32,000 nucleotides of DNA from Nostoc punctiforme PCC 73102 (GTDB taxonomy: Bacteria; Cyanobacteriota; Cyanobacteriia; Cyanobacteriales; Nostocaceae). The stretch lies in assembly GCF_000020025.1 (NCBI RefSeq), contig NC_010628.1:6420001-6452000 (forward strand). Reading direction: 5' to 3'. Made by a program: the position numbers and the translations under genes. The notes below the pieces were generated by a model. That model made no database searches and had not been told where the DNA came from. It saw only the letters and a list, made by a program, of their open reading frames with translations. How positions within the stretch are numbered: position 1 is the first letter of the stretch; each line of letters begins with the position of its first letter. Shown here in pieces: positions 1-8,155 of the stretch.

Positions 1-258
1 GGTGGTAGTGAAGAAGCAGCAGCCCGGTATATTGCTGAGGCAATTGATAAACCAGTAATTGCCTACATTGCAGGTAGACAAGCGCCACCAGGAAAAAGTT
101 GGCGGCAAACAGGGACTTTAGCAACGGTTATCGGACGCGATCCTAACTTTGGCACAGCCCAAAGTAAATTAGCTGCTTTAAAAGAAGCAGAAGTTCCAGT
201 AGCTGAACGCCCTTCTCAGATTCCAGAATTATTGAGAAAGGAAATTAAAATTAATTAA
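1..258 (+). CDS. Succinyl-CoA ligase alpha-subunit-like protein, C-terminal fragment (start lies upstream of the window)
   Basis: Frame 1 is open from base 1 to TAA at 256-258. The translation GGSEEAAARYIAEAIDKPVIAYIAGRQAPPGK...SKLAALKEAEVPVAERPSQIPELL is collinear by eye with the C-terminal CoA-ligase domain of SucD (E. coli ...[24 protein letters not shown]...[12 protein letters not shown]...). It is absent from the ORF track because it has no start in the window. Confidence 0.6.
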   Translation, partial: GGSEEAAARYIAEAIDKPVIAYIAGRQAPPGKSWRQTGTLATVIGRDPNFGTAQSKLAALKEAEVPVAERPSQIPELLRKEIKIN

Positions 259-1452
259 TTAATTAATTACAAAAAGCGAAGGAAGCAATAATCTGGCTTC
301 GTCTGCCAATTCTAATCCATGAGTAATAGCGATCGCTCTTGATGTGATAATCTCGTCAAAAGTTCGCCCAAAGCGCTGCTCAAGCCAGCTATGACGAGAT
401 TCGTTTTGCACTAGCTTTAACAGCCTCCCTGCGATTAGACCAAAATGAAGTGCCGCTAAAGCAGCATAAGTAAAGCGCACAATACGTTCATCTCCATTCC
501 ACCCAGCAGAACGTAACCCCGTTAAGTAACCCTCAAGCACAAGTTTTTCCAAGGGTATCAGTGATGAACCATTGACGAACAATAAGAAAACGCTGTCCAG
601 CACCAAATTTATAATGTCTTCTCCCAGAACACCATAGCCAACAAAAGACCAATCGATGAGAACAGTCTGGTCATTGCCATCTGGGTTATGTCGAGAAAAC
701 AAGTTGTTGGGCGTAATATCAAAGTGGCAGAGTGTATGGGGTGCTTTGTCCACAGCATCGAGGAGGATATGGCGATCGCTCCACAAGTCCATCACGCGAT
801 CGCCGATATCTGGGGAAAATATCTCTTTTAGCAGAGGGTGCTGCCATACAGCAGGTTCTCGCCACGCTTCTAATGCAGTATTATCGATATTTGACACCCA
901 TGCTCGATGCCAGCCACGACTCAGCCAAGGCTCATAAGGCAATGATTGTGCCATTACATAGCTTCCTTGTAAATAACCAAGGTGACGAGCCGCTAAACCA
1001 AAGCGCTCCATAGTCCAAGTGCTACCAGAACTACCCTGAATATCCTCCAGCCACAGCCAGACGACATTAGCAGATGGCTCTGTAATCCCGAAGCAACGGG
1101 GGGCTACTAAGTCGCCAGTCAGATTATCGAGCATTCCTGATGTATATATCAACGCCTCACGTTGCCAGTAATTCCAGTGTGTGGGGTCTTGAGAAGAATT
1201 GAAAATAGAGCCAGCATTTTCTGGTTGTAAGTGCAAAATTTTCAGAATTACCGACCAAGATAATTGTTCGCTGCCATTGTTAGCAATACCAGTAATGCGC
1301 TGCAAACCGGCTGTAACGTTATTAATAATATGGTGGGCGATCGCTTCGGAGTGCCATTCGCCCAGAGTGGCAGTTTTACTGTCGAGTATATGACAGACAA
1401 CGATCGTTAATGTCGCCTCATCAATTAGCGGATGCGCGGTAGGTAAATTCAT
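259..1452 (-). CDS. Phosphotransferase family protein (aminoglycoside/choline-kinase-like APH fold)
   Basis: 397-aa ORF. It has the kinase-like catalytic loop HFDITPNNLF (HxDxxxxN) followed by LIDWSFVGYG (metal-binding Asp), the APH-family signature pair. Its stop abuts the stop of the convergent upstream gene. Confidence 0.65.
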   Translation of the reverse strand: MNLPTAHPLIDEATLTIVVCHILDSKTATLGEWHSEAIAHHIINNVTAGLQRITGIANNGSEQLSWSVILKILHLQPENAGSIFNSSQDPTHWNYWQREALIYTSGMLDNLTGDLVAPRCFGITEPSANVVWLWLEDIQGSSGSTWTMERFGLAARHLGYLQGSYVMAQSLPYEPWLSRGWHRAWVSNIDNTALEAWREPAVWQHPLLKEIFSPDIGDRVMDLWSDRHILLDAVDKAPHTLCHFDITPNNLFSRHNPDGNDQTVLIDWSFVGYGVLGEDIINLVLDSVFLLFVNGSSLIPLEKLVLEGYLTGLRSAGWNGDERIVRFTYAALAALHFGLIAGRLLKLVQNESRHSWLEQRFGRTFDEIITSRAIAITHGLELADEARLLLPSLFVIN

Positions 1453-1571
1453 TGAATCAATGCTTTCTAAAATTTCAACGTCTGACTGGAGCTAGGATAA
1501 GAAAGAATTGTTAAACAAATTTCTTTCTTGTCTTACCCATGAAGACAATCTTTGAATCCTGAATTAACGTT

Positions 1572-2951
1572 CTAGTAAAGTGTCACTCCTTGGTTATAAG
1601 CATTGACAAAACTCGTGTAGTCGTACTCGACTTGAGTTGCATAGTCCACCGCAAAGTTAACAATTTCGTCTTTAAATAGACCCTTGTTACCGCCCACAAT
1701 ATCAGTCACCTCTTTGTCAACACTCACAGAAACGATCGCAGCATCGTAGTCTTTATCTGAGATTGCATGGTTCTTGGCAACGACTTTTCCCGCATATCCC
1801 ATTGCATCCATGAATTTTGACTTAGTGGTTAGCAACGTATAGTCAAAGTCTACTTGGTAGGGTGATTTTTCATGCAGCATAAAGGGGATGCTATTGACCG
1901 TAGTGTAGCCAACCAAGGGATCGGTATTGGAGAGCATTGCTTTTGCGGCGATTGTTACCCGCGCCCCTTCTTGGTTTCCGTAAACTGAAGTTGGTAGCAG
2001 ACCTGGAACTGCCATCGCAACAGCGCTACTGCCTTCCTGCTTCATCTCCAAAATGCGATCGTCGTCAGTTGCTGAACTTGGGCCTTCAATCAGCAAGTAA
2101 TATCGGTACTTACCAAGACTACCAGTACCTGAACCTAACTTGAGGCGAATATCCTTGAGTGTGTAGTAACTATTGTTGTAGCGCTTACTGCTAGAAATTG
2201 AGGCGATGTAGCTGCTCATAGCTCCAGCAATGTCTGAATAGGTGCTGCTGGATACAGGCTGAAGTTCTGAAGTTGTCTGAAAAACTCGATTGTTACTGTT
2301 ATTTAACTGTGTGTACTTACTTAGCAAGCTAGAACGGCTGTTATCTGATGCCTTTTGAATCAAATCTTTGACTACACCGTTTGTATTGCCAGATTCCAAA
2401 CGGTATGAAAGTTCGTCGTTGGTTCCTTTAAAGTCACTCATCTTATTCAGGTAAGTATCCAAGAAATTCCGAACAATATCTTGAGCATCACTTGAGTTAA
2501 GACCGTTCTCTTTAGCTGCCAACAAGATAGAGACTGCCATTCGTCGCAAATCCCAAACGTAGGGGCCAAGATAGCCTTCATCAAAATCGGTGGTGTCAAA
2601 AACGTTGTTGTCGTTGCTATCTCTTATCCCTCCAAGATTTTGCAAATGCATATCTCCCTCTAACCAGATAGCTGAGGTTGAAGAATTCACAAATCCTGAA
2701 CTTGGCAAGGTCTGCATATCACGATAAAAAATGTGATCTGTCCCCCGATAAAAGGTGAAAGGGCTAGCCTTCATCTTTTGCATTTTTGTTGCCAGTTCTT
2801 GAGGCAATTGAGAAGCAAAGGGATGATTGTATTGATAAATTTCATTCTCCACCCAAGTTGAACGGACAGTTGCAGCTTGACTTGGAGATATAAACCCCAA
2901 AATTAAAATTAAGACAAATACAATTGCAGATATAGATATGTATTTTGGCAT
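1572..2951 (-). CDS. Secreted DUF2252-family protein (unknown function)
   Basis: 459-aa ORF with an N-terminal signal peptide (...LGFISPSQA/ATV). The motifs FYRGTDHIFYRD, LEGDMHLQNLGG and FDTTDFDEGYLGPYVWDLRRMAVSI match my recollection of DUF2252. Confidence 0.55.
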   Translation of the reverse strand: MPKYISISAIVFVLILILGFISPSQAATVRSTWVENEIYQYNHPFASQLPQELATKMQKMKASPFTFYRGTDHIFYRDMQTLPSSGFVNSSTSAIWLEGDMHLQNLGGIRDSNDNNVFDTTDFDEGYLGPYVWDLRRMAVSILLAAKENGLNSSDAQDIVRNFLDTYLNKMSDFKGTNDELSYRLESGNTNGVVKDLIQKASDNSRSSLLSKYTQLNNSNNRVFQTTSELQPVSSSTYSDIAGAMSSYIASISSSKRYNNSYYTLKDIRLKLGSGTGSLGKYRYYLLIEGPSSATDDDRILEMKQEGSSAVAMAVPGLLPTSVYGNQEGARVTIAAKAMLSNTDPLVGYTTVNSIPFMLHEKSPYQVDFDYTLLTTKSKFMDAMGYAGKVVAKNHAISDKDYDAAIVSVSVDKEVTDIVGGNKGLFKDEIVNFAVDYATQVEYDYTSFVNAYNQGVTLY

Positions 2952-3008
2952 GACTGTCTCTTAAATGTAAAAAAATTGGGCGTTGCTGAATTGAAGTATG
3001 AGTCAGGA

Positions 3009-3039
3009 TGTAGAGACGTAGCACTGCTACGTCTCTACA
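3009..3039. repeat. Small dispersed hairpin repeat (GTAGAGACGTAGCA...TGCTACGTCTCTAC type)
   Basis: Perfect 14-bp inverted repeat (3009-3022 / 3026-3039) with a 3-nt loop, in the divergent intergenic region. The sequence class is typical of Nostocales small dispersed repeats. Confidence 0.7.
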
Positions 3040-3254
3040 AGGATTTTAGTATTATGCAAAATCATTTTTATACATGGAATCAGCAACACCAAAATTGACT
3101 TTTGTTAGACTCTTGTATAGAGACAATCATCCAACCACAATTCTTTTAGCACCTGGAGCCATAGCTTAGAAAGCGATCTAAAGCACAATGCAACAAGTAT
3201 TCATAGTAAAGAATTCAAAAAGGTAAAATTATAAAGAACCGTCAGAATGTAATC

Positions 3255-3935
3255 ATGTCAGCTATCCAAACAACTGTGGTTCTTGCCATGACGGCCGATG
3301 GAAAAATTAGCGCCGTAGATCCTAAAGCGCCTCGTGATGCCGATCCAGTTGATCAAGCACACTTAGAGTATCAAGCTTCCTTTGCCGATTTAGTCTTGGT
3401 AGGAGCAGGGACGATTCGGGCTGAGGGAGGAACTTATACAATTCGCAATCCTGAACTTTTAGCAGCACGTAAGGTTCGAGGTCAGTCTCCCCAGCCTATT
3501 ACCTGCGTTGTCTCAGGTTCCCTAGACCTATCGCTGGACTTGCCTTTTTTAAGCCAAGACATTGAGCGATGGATATTTACAACACGGACTGGTTTAAAGC
3601 GTAATTCTGATGCAACAAGCTTGCAAAAGCTAGCTGAATTAATCGATTTGGGAGAGACAGACCTAGACTGGGATCGGGCCTACAGCTTGATGGCAGAACG
3701 GGGTATTCACAAAGTCATTGTTTTGGGAGGCGGCGCTTTAACAGCTGCTTTATTAAAGGCAGGGCGAATTAACGATTGGTGGTTGACAATTTGGCCTATC
3801 ATTTATGGAGGAAAGCACGCCCCTAGCCCAGTAGAGGGAGAGGGTTTTCTTCCCCAAGCTGCTCCTCATCTCCAACTCGTCGAAACTCGTCAGGTTGGAA
3901 GTCAGTTGTTTTTAAACTACCGCATACTCAACTGA
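3255..3935 (+). CDS. RibD C-terminal-domain / dihydrofolate-reductase-like reductase family protein
   Basis: 226-aa ORF. The N-terminal VVLAMTADGKIS, LVLVGAGTIRAEG and VIVLGGGALTAALLKAGRINDWWLTIWPIIYGG follow the RibD_C (pyrimidine reductase) pattern. Confidence 0.6.
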   Translation: MSAIQTTVVLAMTADGKISAVDPKAPRDADPVDQAHLEYQASFADLVLVGAGTIRAEGGTYTIRNPELLAARKVRGQSPQPITCVVSGSLDLSLDLPFLSQDIERWIFTTRTGLKRNSDATSLQKLAELIDLGETDLDWDRAYSLMAERGIHKVIVLGGGALTAALLKAGRINDWWLTIWPIIYGGKHAPSPVEGEGFLPQAAPHLQLVETRQVGSQLFLNYRILN

Positions 3936-3975
3936 GAATGCGCTGCCAGAATTAAGCGTTATTATCGTTGATAAT

Positions 3976-4009
3976 AAAAAGCGCCCTCCCAAAAGGGAGA
4001 GCGCTTTTT
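3976..4009. terminator. Bidirectional rho-independent terminator between the reductase gene and psbA
   Basis: GC-rich hairpin GCGCCCTCCC-AAAA-GGGAGAGCGC (10-bp stem, 1 mismatch). It is flanked by A5 (3976-3980) and T5 (4005-4009), so a U-run follows the stem on either strand. It sits between two convergent stop codons. Confidence 0.75.
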
Positions 4010-4029
4010 GATTTAACTAAACTTCAGAA

Positions 4030-5112
4030 TTAACCGTTGATAGCAGGAGCAGAAAGAGCAACAGGAGCAGATTGTGCAGATGCCAAATCTAGAGGGAAGT
4101 TGTGAGCGTTACGCTCGTGCATTACTTCCATACCGAGGTTAGCGCGGTTGATTACATCCGCCCAAGTTGCAATCACACGACCTTCAGAGTCAATGATTGA
4201 TTGGTTGAAGTTGAAACCGTTCAAGTTGAACGCCATTGTGCTTACACCCAAGGCGGTGAACCAGATGCCGATTACAGGCCATGCTGCGAGGAAGAAGTGC
4301 AGTGAACGGCTGTTGTTGAAGGAAGCGTATTGGAAGATTAGACGACCGAAGTAGCCGTGAGCTGCAACGATATTGTAGGTTTCTTCTTCTTGACCGAATT
4401 TGTAACCGTAGTTAAGGGACTCGGTTTCGGTGGTTTCACGAACTAGTGAAGATGTTACAAGAGATCCGTGCATTGCAGAGAACAAGCTTCCGCCGAATAC
4501 ACCAGCTACACCTAGTTGGTGGAAGGGGTGCATCAAGATGTTGTGTTCTGCTTGGAACACGATCATGAAGTTGAATGTTCCTGAGATACCTAAAGGCATA
4601 CCATCAGAGAAAGAACCTTGTCCGATGGGGTATACCAAGAATACTGCGGTTGCTGCTGCAACAGGTGCAGAATATGCGATCGCAATCCAAGGACGCATAC
4701 CTAAGCGGTAGGATAGTTCCCATTCACGACCTAAGTAGCAGAATACGCCAATCAAGAAGTGGAAAATTACCAATTGGTAAGGACCGCCGTTGTACAACCA
4801 CTCATCTAAGGATGCTGCTTCCCAAATTGGGTAGAAGTGCAAGCCGATGGCGTTGGAGGAAGGTACTACTGCACCGGAGATGATGTTGTTTCCGTAGATC
4901 AAGGAACCTGCAACTGGTTCGCGGATACCGTCGATGTCAACGGGAGGTGCGGCGATGAAGGCGATTACGAAGCAAGCGGTTGCGGCTAGCAGGGTGGGGA
5001 TCATGACTACGCCGAACCAGCCGATGTAGATGCGGTTGTTGGTGCTGGTGATCCACTCACAGAATCGATCCCATACGTTGGCGCTTGAGCGCTGTTGTAA
5101 GGTTGTTGTCAT
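4030..5112 (-). CDS. psbA: Photosystem II reaction-centre protein D1 (Glu130 = D1:2 / high-light-type isoform)
   Basis: 360-aa ORF, unmistakable D1 sequence (MTTTLQQR...[26 protein letters not shown]...[13 protein letters not shown] + 16-aa C-terminal extension [16 protein letters not shown]). Residue 130, counted by hand, is Glu. Confidence 0.99.
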   Translation of the reverse strand: MTTTLQQRSSANVWDRFCEWITSTNNRIYIGWFGVVMIPTLLAATACFVIAFIAAPPVDIDGIREPVAGSLIYGNNIISGAVVPSSNAIGLHFYPIWEAASLDEWLYNGGPYQLVIFHFLIGVFCYLGREWELSYRLGMRPWIAIAYSAPVAAATAVFLVYPIGQGSFSDGMPLGISGTFNFMIVFQAEHNILMHPFHQLGVAGVFGGSLFSAMHGSLVTSSLVRETTETESLNYGYKFGQEEETYNIVAAHGYFGRLIFQYASFNNSRSLHFFLAAWPVIGIWFTALGVSTMAFNLNGFNFNQSIIDSEGRVIATWADVINRANLGMEVMHERNAHNFPLDLASAQSAPVALSAPAING

Positions 5113-5170
5113 TGTTTTATAAATGCGATTATTTGCGGATGAATTAGGTAGGTTTGACTACCTGTTACAC

Positions 5171-5199
5171 ATCTTAAAGAAATTATTGCGTTTTGTAAA
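5171..5199 (-). promoter_or_regulatory. Candidate sigma70-type psbA promoter (-35 TTTACA, 17-nt spacer, -10 TAAGAT)
   Basis: The minus strand reads ...ctacTTTACAaaacgcaataatttcttTAAGATgtgtaacagg... This would give a leader of about 50 nt to the ATG at 5112, a typical size for cyanobacterial psbA. Confidence 0.4.
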
Positions 5200-5549
5200 G
5201 TAGTTTCAGAAAAAACTTTCTCCTAGAATTAGGACTAATGCAAAATTTACGTAATTACGTCATTACAGCCGATAGCAACGTAATCACCTAAAACTCTGGC
5301 ATTGCTTCCCTACACTACATTTAGGTCGCAATGACAAATTTTGCTTGCGTAAGTCCTGAGAATTTACGCGCCCTGCGTGGAAAATCCCTAACTCACTGAA
5401 AAAAGGGAGGCTCTGCGTAATCAACAGTAACCATGAGAGCAATATCTACGATGGGCTACTCTATGCATTTTTATCATTTAGGTAAGTTGCCCCAAAACTT
5501 TCACACTTCCCCCTGGAACTGAATCTTGGTGATAAATAGAAGAAATTTA

Positions 5550-5783
5550 CTACCGATTAGCTATCAACCATTCTTCACGAATAGTTGACGGTAGGGGCGG
5601 GCGCAAGCAGAGATAAAAAAGTGGACCAAGTAATGGAACAAATGCTACTAGCCAAAACACCTGGGGATTATTCCAGTGGCGACGAGCGATATCATCGTCA
5701 AGGATTGTGGGGAATAAAAGACAAAAAAGGCAAAATGCCAAGCTCATACCATTAATAAAGCGATCGCTTTGGAACTGCTGCAC
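5550..5783 (-). CDS. Small membrane protein, PLDc_N-like (cardiolipin synthase N-terminal type) domain
   Basis: 77-aa ORF with two hydrophobic helices. The pattern ILDDDIARRHW...VFWLVAFVPLLGPLFYLCLRP resembles the PLD-N-terminal small membrane domain (...D...W.....P.lGp..Y...). Confidence 0.4.
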   Translation of the reverse strand: MQQFQSDRFINGMSLAFCLFCLLFPTILDDDIARRHWNNPQVFWLVAFVPLLGPLFYLCLRPPLPSTIREEWLIANR

Positions 5784-6420
5784 AAAATCTCTCCAGTCAA
5801 CGAAGGCAAACGCATAGGACTTATTAAAGGAGGATGGAAGAATCTTCGGGGCAAAATATCACTAAGACCAATGGTATTGACCCATAGCTAGATTTTATAG
5901 CCGTTTTCAGCTTTGTGGAATATGGTATTAGCTTGCAGTTATGCGCCCTCAGAAAAGATTGCATCCAGACAATAAGTGCGATCGCACTGGGATTCAAATC
6001 GTTGCCCACAGCATATTATCCATAAATATGCACTTAAGATTTAGCAAAGATATAGCATAGGCGTTTATGAGAATTTCTGACGAATTATGAAGCGGTGCTT
6101 ACAGAGAATTATGGTTTTGAAAGCAGTCTAAAGCCTTACCTCTAGCGCTTTCTAAATTTGATTTTCCAAAATCCAATATTTAGTAATCATTGCCACAACT
6201 CTCATACAGGCATTAAGGTGACATAACCCTTGCTGTAACTCATATTTATTAGGCTTTTTTTGCTGTTATTGAGCTCCGCGCTACCAATTTCATCTATTAG
6301 TTTTTTTAATTTATGACCTCTGGGATTTTAGAAAAATTCAGTATTATTGCTGAGAGAATTCTGGTAGTCAATGGTTATATTGAAAACGTAAAGAGAAACA
6401 ACACGAGGAGTTTGTTAATC

Positions 6421-6828
6421 ATGAAAATTTCTGCGATCGTTAAAGGAAGCATCTGCTTGTTGGGTTTGGTTGGCGTTGGTAATATCCTGGCAGCACCAGC
6501 AAGTGCAGATCAAGCTGCTGCTCGGGGTGCGGTTACAATAGTTAGACCATCAGGTTCTTCTATCAGTGTCAGTGGTGAGGTCGTTGCAGCTCCAGGTACA
6601 GACTTTACCGCAGTTGCCGTTGTCGTTGATGGTGGTGCTAGTCAAGGTACAAACGCAGAAACTGTCACAGGCATCACAGTAACCCCAGTTACTGGAACAT
6701 CTAGTACGACACCTCCCACCACAATTGAAGGAGCTATTGCAGCACAGATTGCTGCCGGTACTTTTTCAGCTGTTGAAGATTTATCAGCTCTTATCAGAGC
6801 AGCTAGTGCTAATGGCGGTCTAGAGTAG
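6421..6828 (+). CDS. Small secreted protein, paralogue A (unknown family)
   Basis: The internal ATG at 6421 is preceded by GAGGAG (6405-6410). Signal peptide MKISAIVKGSICLLGLVGVGNILAAPASA/DQ. The mature part of about 106 aa is Thr/Val/Gly/Ala-rich with no Cys, and is collinear with the product of 7454..7885. The ORF-track start at 6313 is probably an upstream in-frame extension. Confidence 0.7.
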   Translation: MKISAIVKGSICLLGLVGVGNILAAPASADQAAARGAVTIVRPSGSSISVSGEVVAAPGTDFTAVAVVVDGGASQGTNAETVTGITVTPVTGTSSTTPPTTIEGAIAAQIAAGTFSAVEDLSALIRAASANGGLE

Positions 6829-6956
6829 ATTGAATTTTGCCTCGTAAGTACTTACAAAATTTTTAACAACTGAACAAAACAGTTGAATAAATCAATAGAT
6901 CATGGGGGAGAGAAATAGCAATGCTATATCTCTTCCCTATATTTATTTTGTGGCTC

Positions 6957-6989
6957 AGATTCCCGGCTTCTTCAAGAAGTCGGGAATCT
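6957..6989. repeat. Small dispersed hairpin repeat (AGATTCCCGGCTTCTT/AAGAAGTCGGGAATCT type)
   Basis: 16-nt arms with one mismatch. A related copy lies at 7914..7940, also downstream of the paralogous gene. Confidence 0.65.
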
Positions 6990-7006
6990 CGTTGTAAGGG
7001 TCTTTC

Positions 7007-7038
7007 GTAGGGGCGTACAGCTAGCTGTGCGCCCCTAC
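7007..7038. repeat. Small dispersed hairpin repeat (GTAGGGGCG.ACAGC/GCTGTGCGCCCCTAC type)
   Basis: 15-nt inverted arms (one T/C difference that is a G-U wobble in RNA), 2-nt loop, directly adjacent to the previous hairpin. Confidence 0.65.
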
Positions 7039-7453
7039 TGGAAATGCCCATTGGAAAGTCGAACCTCCATTATTAGCGGCAGCAGCCCAATTAAGAGCAT
7101 TTCCTTCTTAGACCTGAAAACGAGATTTTGAAGCAAATGGAATGAAAGCGTTAGTGAATTGCCATGCTAAAGCACTGCTCATCATCCCTTTACATAACTC
7201 TAATGATATCAATATAAACCCTGAAACTCTCACTGAATAATGAATAGAGAGCTTGCGTAAAAATACGAAGCCTCAAAATGTCCAGCTTTAACAAAACCCC
7301 TCATAACAAAGGTTTTATATTTTTCTATATTGAAAAAATAAAAGCGAGAAAAAAAGGTTCTATCTCGATTTCTGCTCGGCAATGCATATTCTGCAATGCC
7401 AAGCAAAATCTGGGAACGAGCTTAAGGCGAAAAACATGAGGGGTTTATACAAC

Positions 7454-7885
7454 ATGAATAGTTTATCTAATAAATTATCTATAGTTCTTCGGGGAAGTAT
7501 CTGCTTATTAGGTTTAGTGAGTGTGGGAAATTTTTTAGCCGCGCCAGCAAATGCACAACAAGCCACTGCTCGTGGTGCTGTTACTCTGATTAGACCTTCT
7601 GGTACTTTTCTCAGTGTGACTGGGGAGTTAATTTTACCTTCCGGCTCAGACTATAGCGCAGGCATCAAAATTGCACCAACTTATGGAGGTATAGCAGGCT
7701 CAAATGAGGAAACCATCACTAGCCTGACTATAACCCCAGGAGTAGTTAAAACTACTACACTCTCTAGCCCAAACTCATTGATTGATGCAGTAACAACTTC
7801 GCTAAATAATAGTGTTTCCATTGAAGATACAATAACTATAATCCGAGCGGGTAGTGGTATTAATAGCTTAGGTGCTTTAGATTAG
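7454..7885 (+). CDS. Small secreted protein, paralogue B (unknown family)
   Basis: ATG at 7454 with GAGG 12 nt upstream. Signal peptide MNSLSNKLSIVLRGSICLLGLVSVGNFLAAPANA/QQ. The mature N-terminus ATARGAVTLIRPSGTFLSVTGE matches AAARGAVTIVRPSGSSISVSGE of paralogue A. The C-terminal ...IEDTITIIRAGSG...GALD matches ...VEDLSALIRAASANGGLE. Confidence 0.7.
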   Translation: MNSLSNKLSIVLRGSICLLGLVSVGNFLAAPANAQQATARGAVTLIRPSGTFLSVTGELILPSGSDYSAGIKIAPTYGGIAGSNEETITSLTITPGVVKTTTLSSPNSLIDAVTTSLNNSVSIEDTITIIRAGSGINSLGALD

Positions 7886-7913
7886 ACTGATTTTTAAAAT
7901 CGAAAAACTTAGT

Positions 7914-7940
7914 TCCCCAACTTTTCAAAAAAGTCGGGGA
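7914..7940. repeat. Small dispersed hairpin repeat (TCCCCAACTTTT/AAAAGTCGGGGA), same family as 6957..6989
   Basis: 12-nt arms with one mismatch and a 3-nt loop, 29 nt after the stop of paralogue B. Confidence 0.6.
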
Positions 7941-7967
7941 GGTTCTACATATTTGTAACAGTGGTAG

Positions 7968-8002
7968 GGTGTGTTATGCCGTTAGGCTAACGCACCGTTT
8001 TT
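7968..8002 (+). terminator. Hairpin plus T5, candidate terminator of paralogue B (GTGCGTTAGGC...TAACGCAC repeat family)
   Basis: GGTGTGTTA (7968-7976) pairs with TAACGCACC (7988-7996), including one G-U wobble, and is followed by G-TTTTT (7998-8002). A second degenerate copy of the same repeat follows at about 8014..8045. Confidence 0.5.
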
Positions 8003-8155
8003 ATAATCTATTGCGGCGCATTAGGCTAATGCCATAACGCACTCTAATGGTTAATTTTTCTATCGAATCAATTTAGGCTTGTTAGACCACTACAAAATTG
8101 AATATTTTTTTAATTGGAAGTGCCTGAAAAGTTTTGTGGCGTTACATTAATACTA

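Noticed and set aside
4148-4883. Three plus-strand ORFs of 68-102 aa (4148..4354, 4430..4711, 4575..4883)
   Set aside because: All lie entirely antisense within psbA, one of the most conserved genes known. Their translations are low-complexity or Arg-rich with no motifs, so they are shadow ORFs.
5231-5357. Possible MITE bounded by inverted repeats AGGACTAATGC / GCGTAAGTCCT
   Set aside because: The arms are only 11 nt with 2 mismatches, and no target-site duplication is visible. I kept only the observation that the GCGTAAGTCCT motif recurs elsewhere.
5824-6009. 61-aa minus-strand ORF
   Set aside because: It has no recognisable ribosome-binding site, motif or hydrophobic pattern and sits in an AT-rich intergenic stretch. 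The evidence is insufficient to call a gene.
6863-7051. 62-aa minus-strand ORF downstream of secreted paralogue A
   Set aside because: Its sequence is made up almost entirely of the two adjacent hairpin repeats (6957..6989 and 7007..7038). The reading frame is a by-product of the repeats.
6313-7453. Longer N-terminal extensions of the two secreted-protein ORFs (starts at 6313 and 7382 in the ORF track)
   Set aside because: The extensions are not conserved between the paralogues. Similarity begins at the internal Met residues (6421 and 7454), which have Shine-Dalgarno-like sequences and give normal signal peptides.
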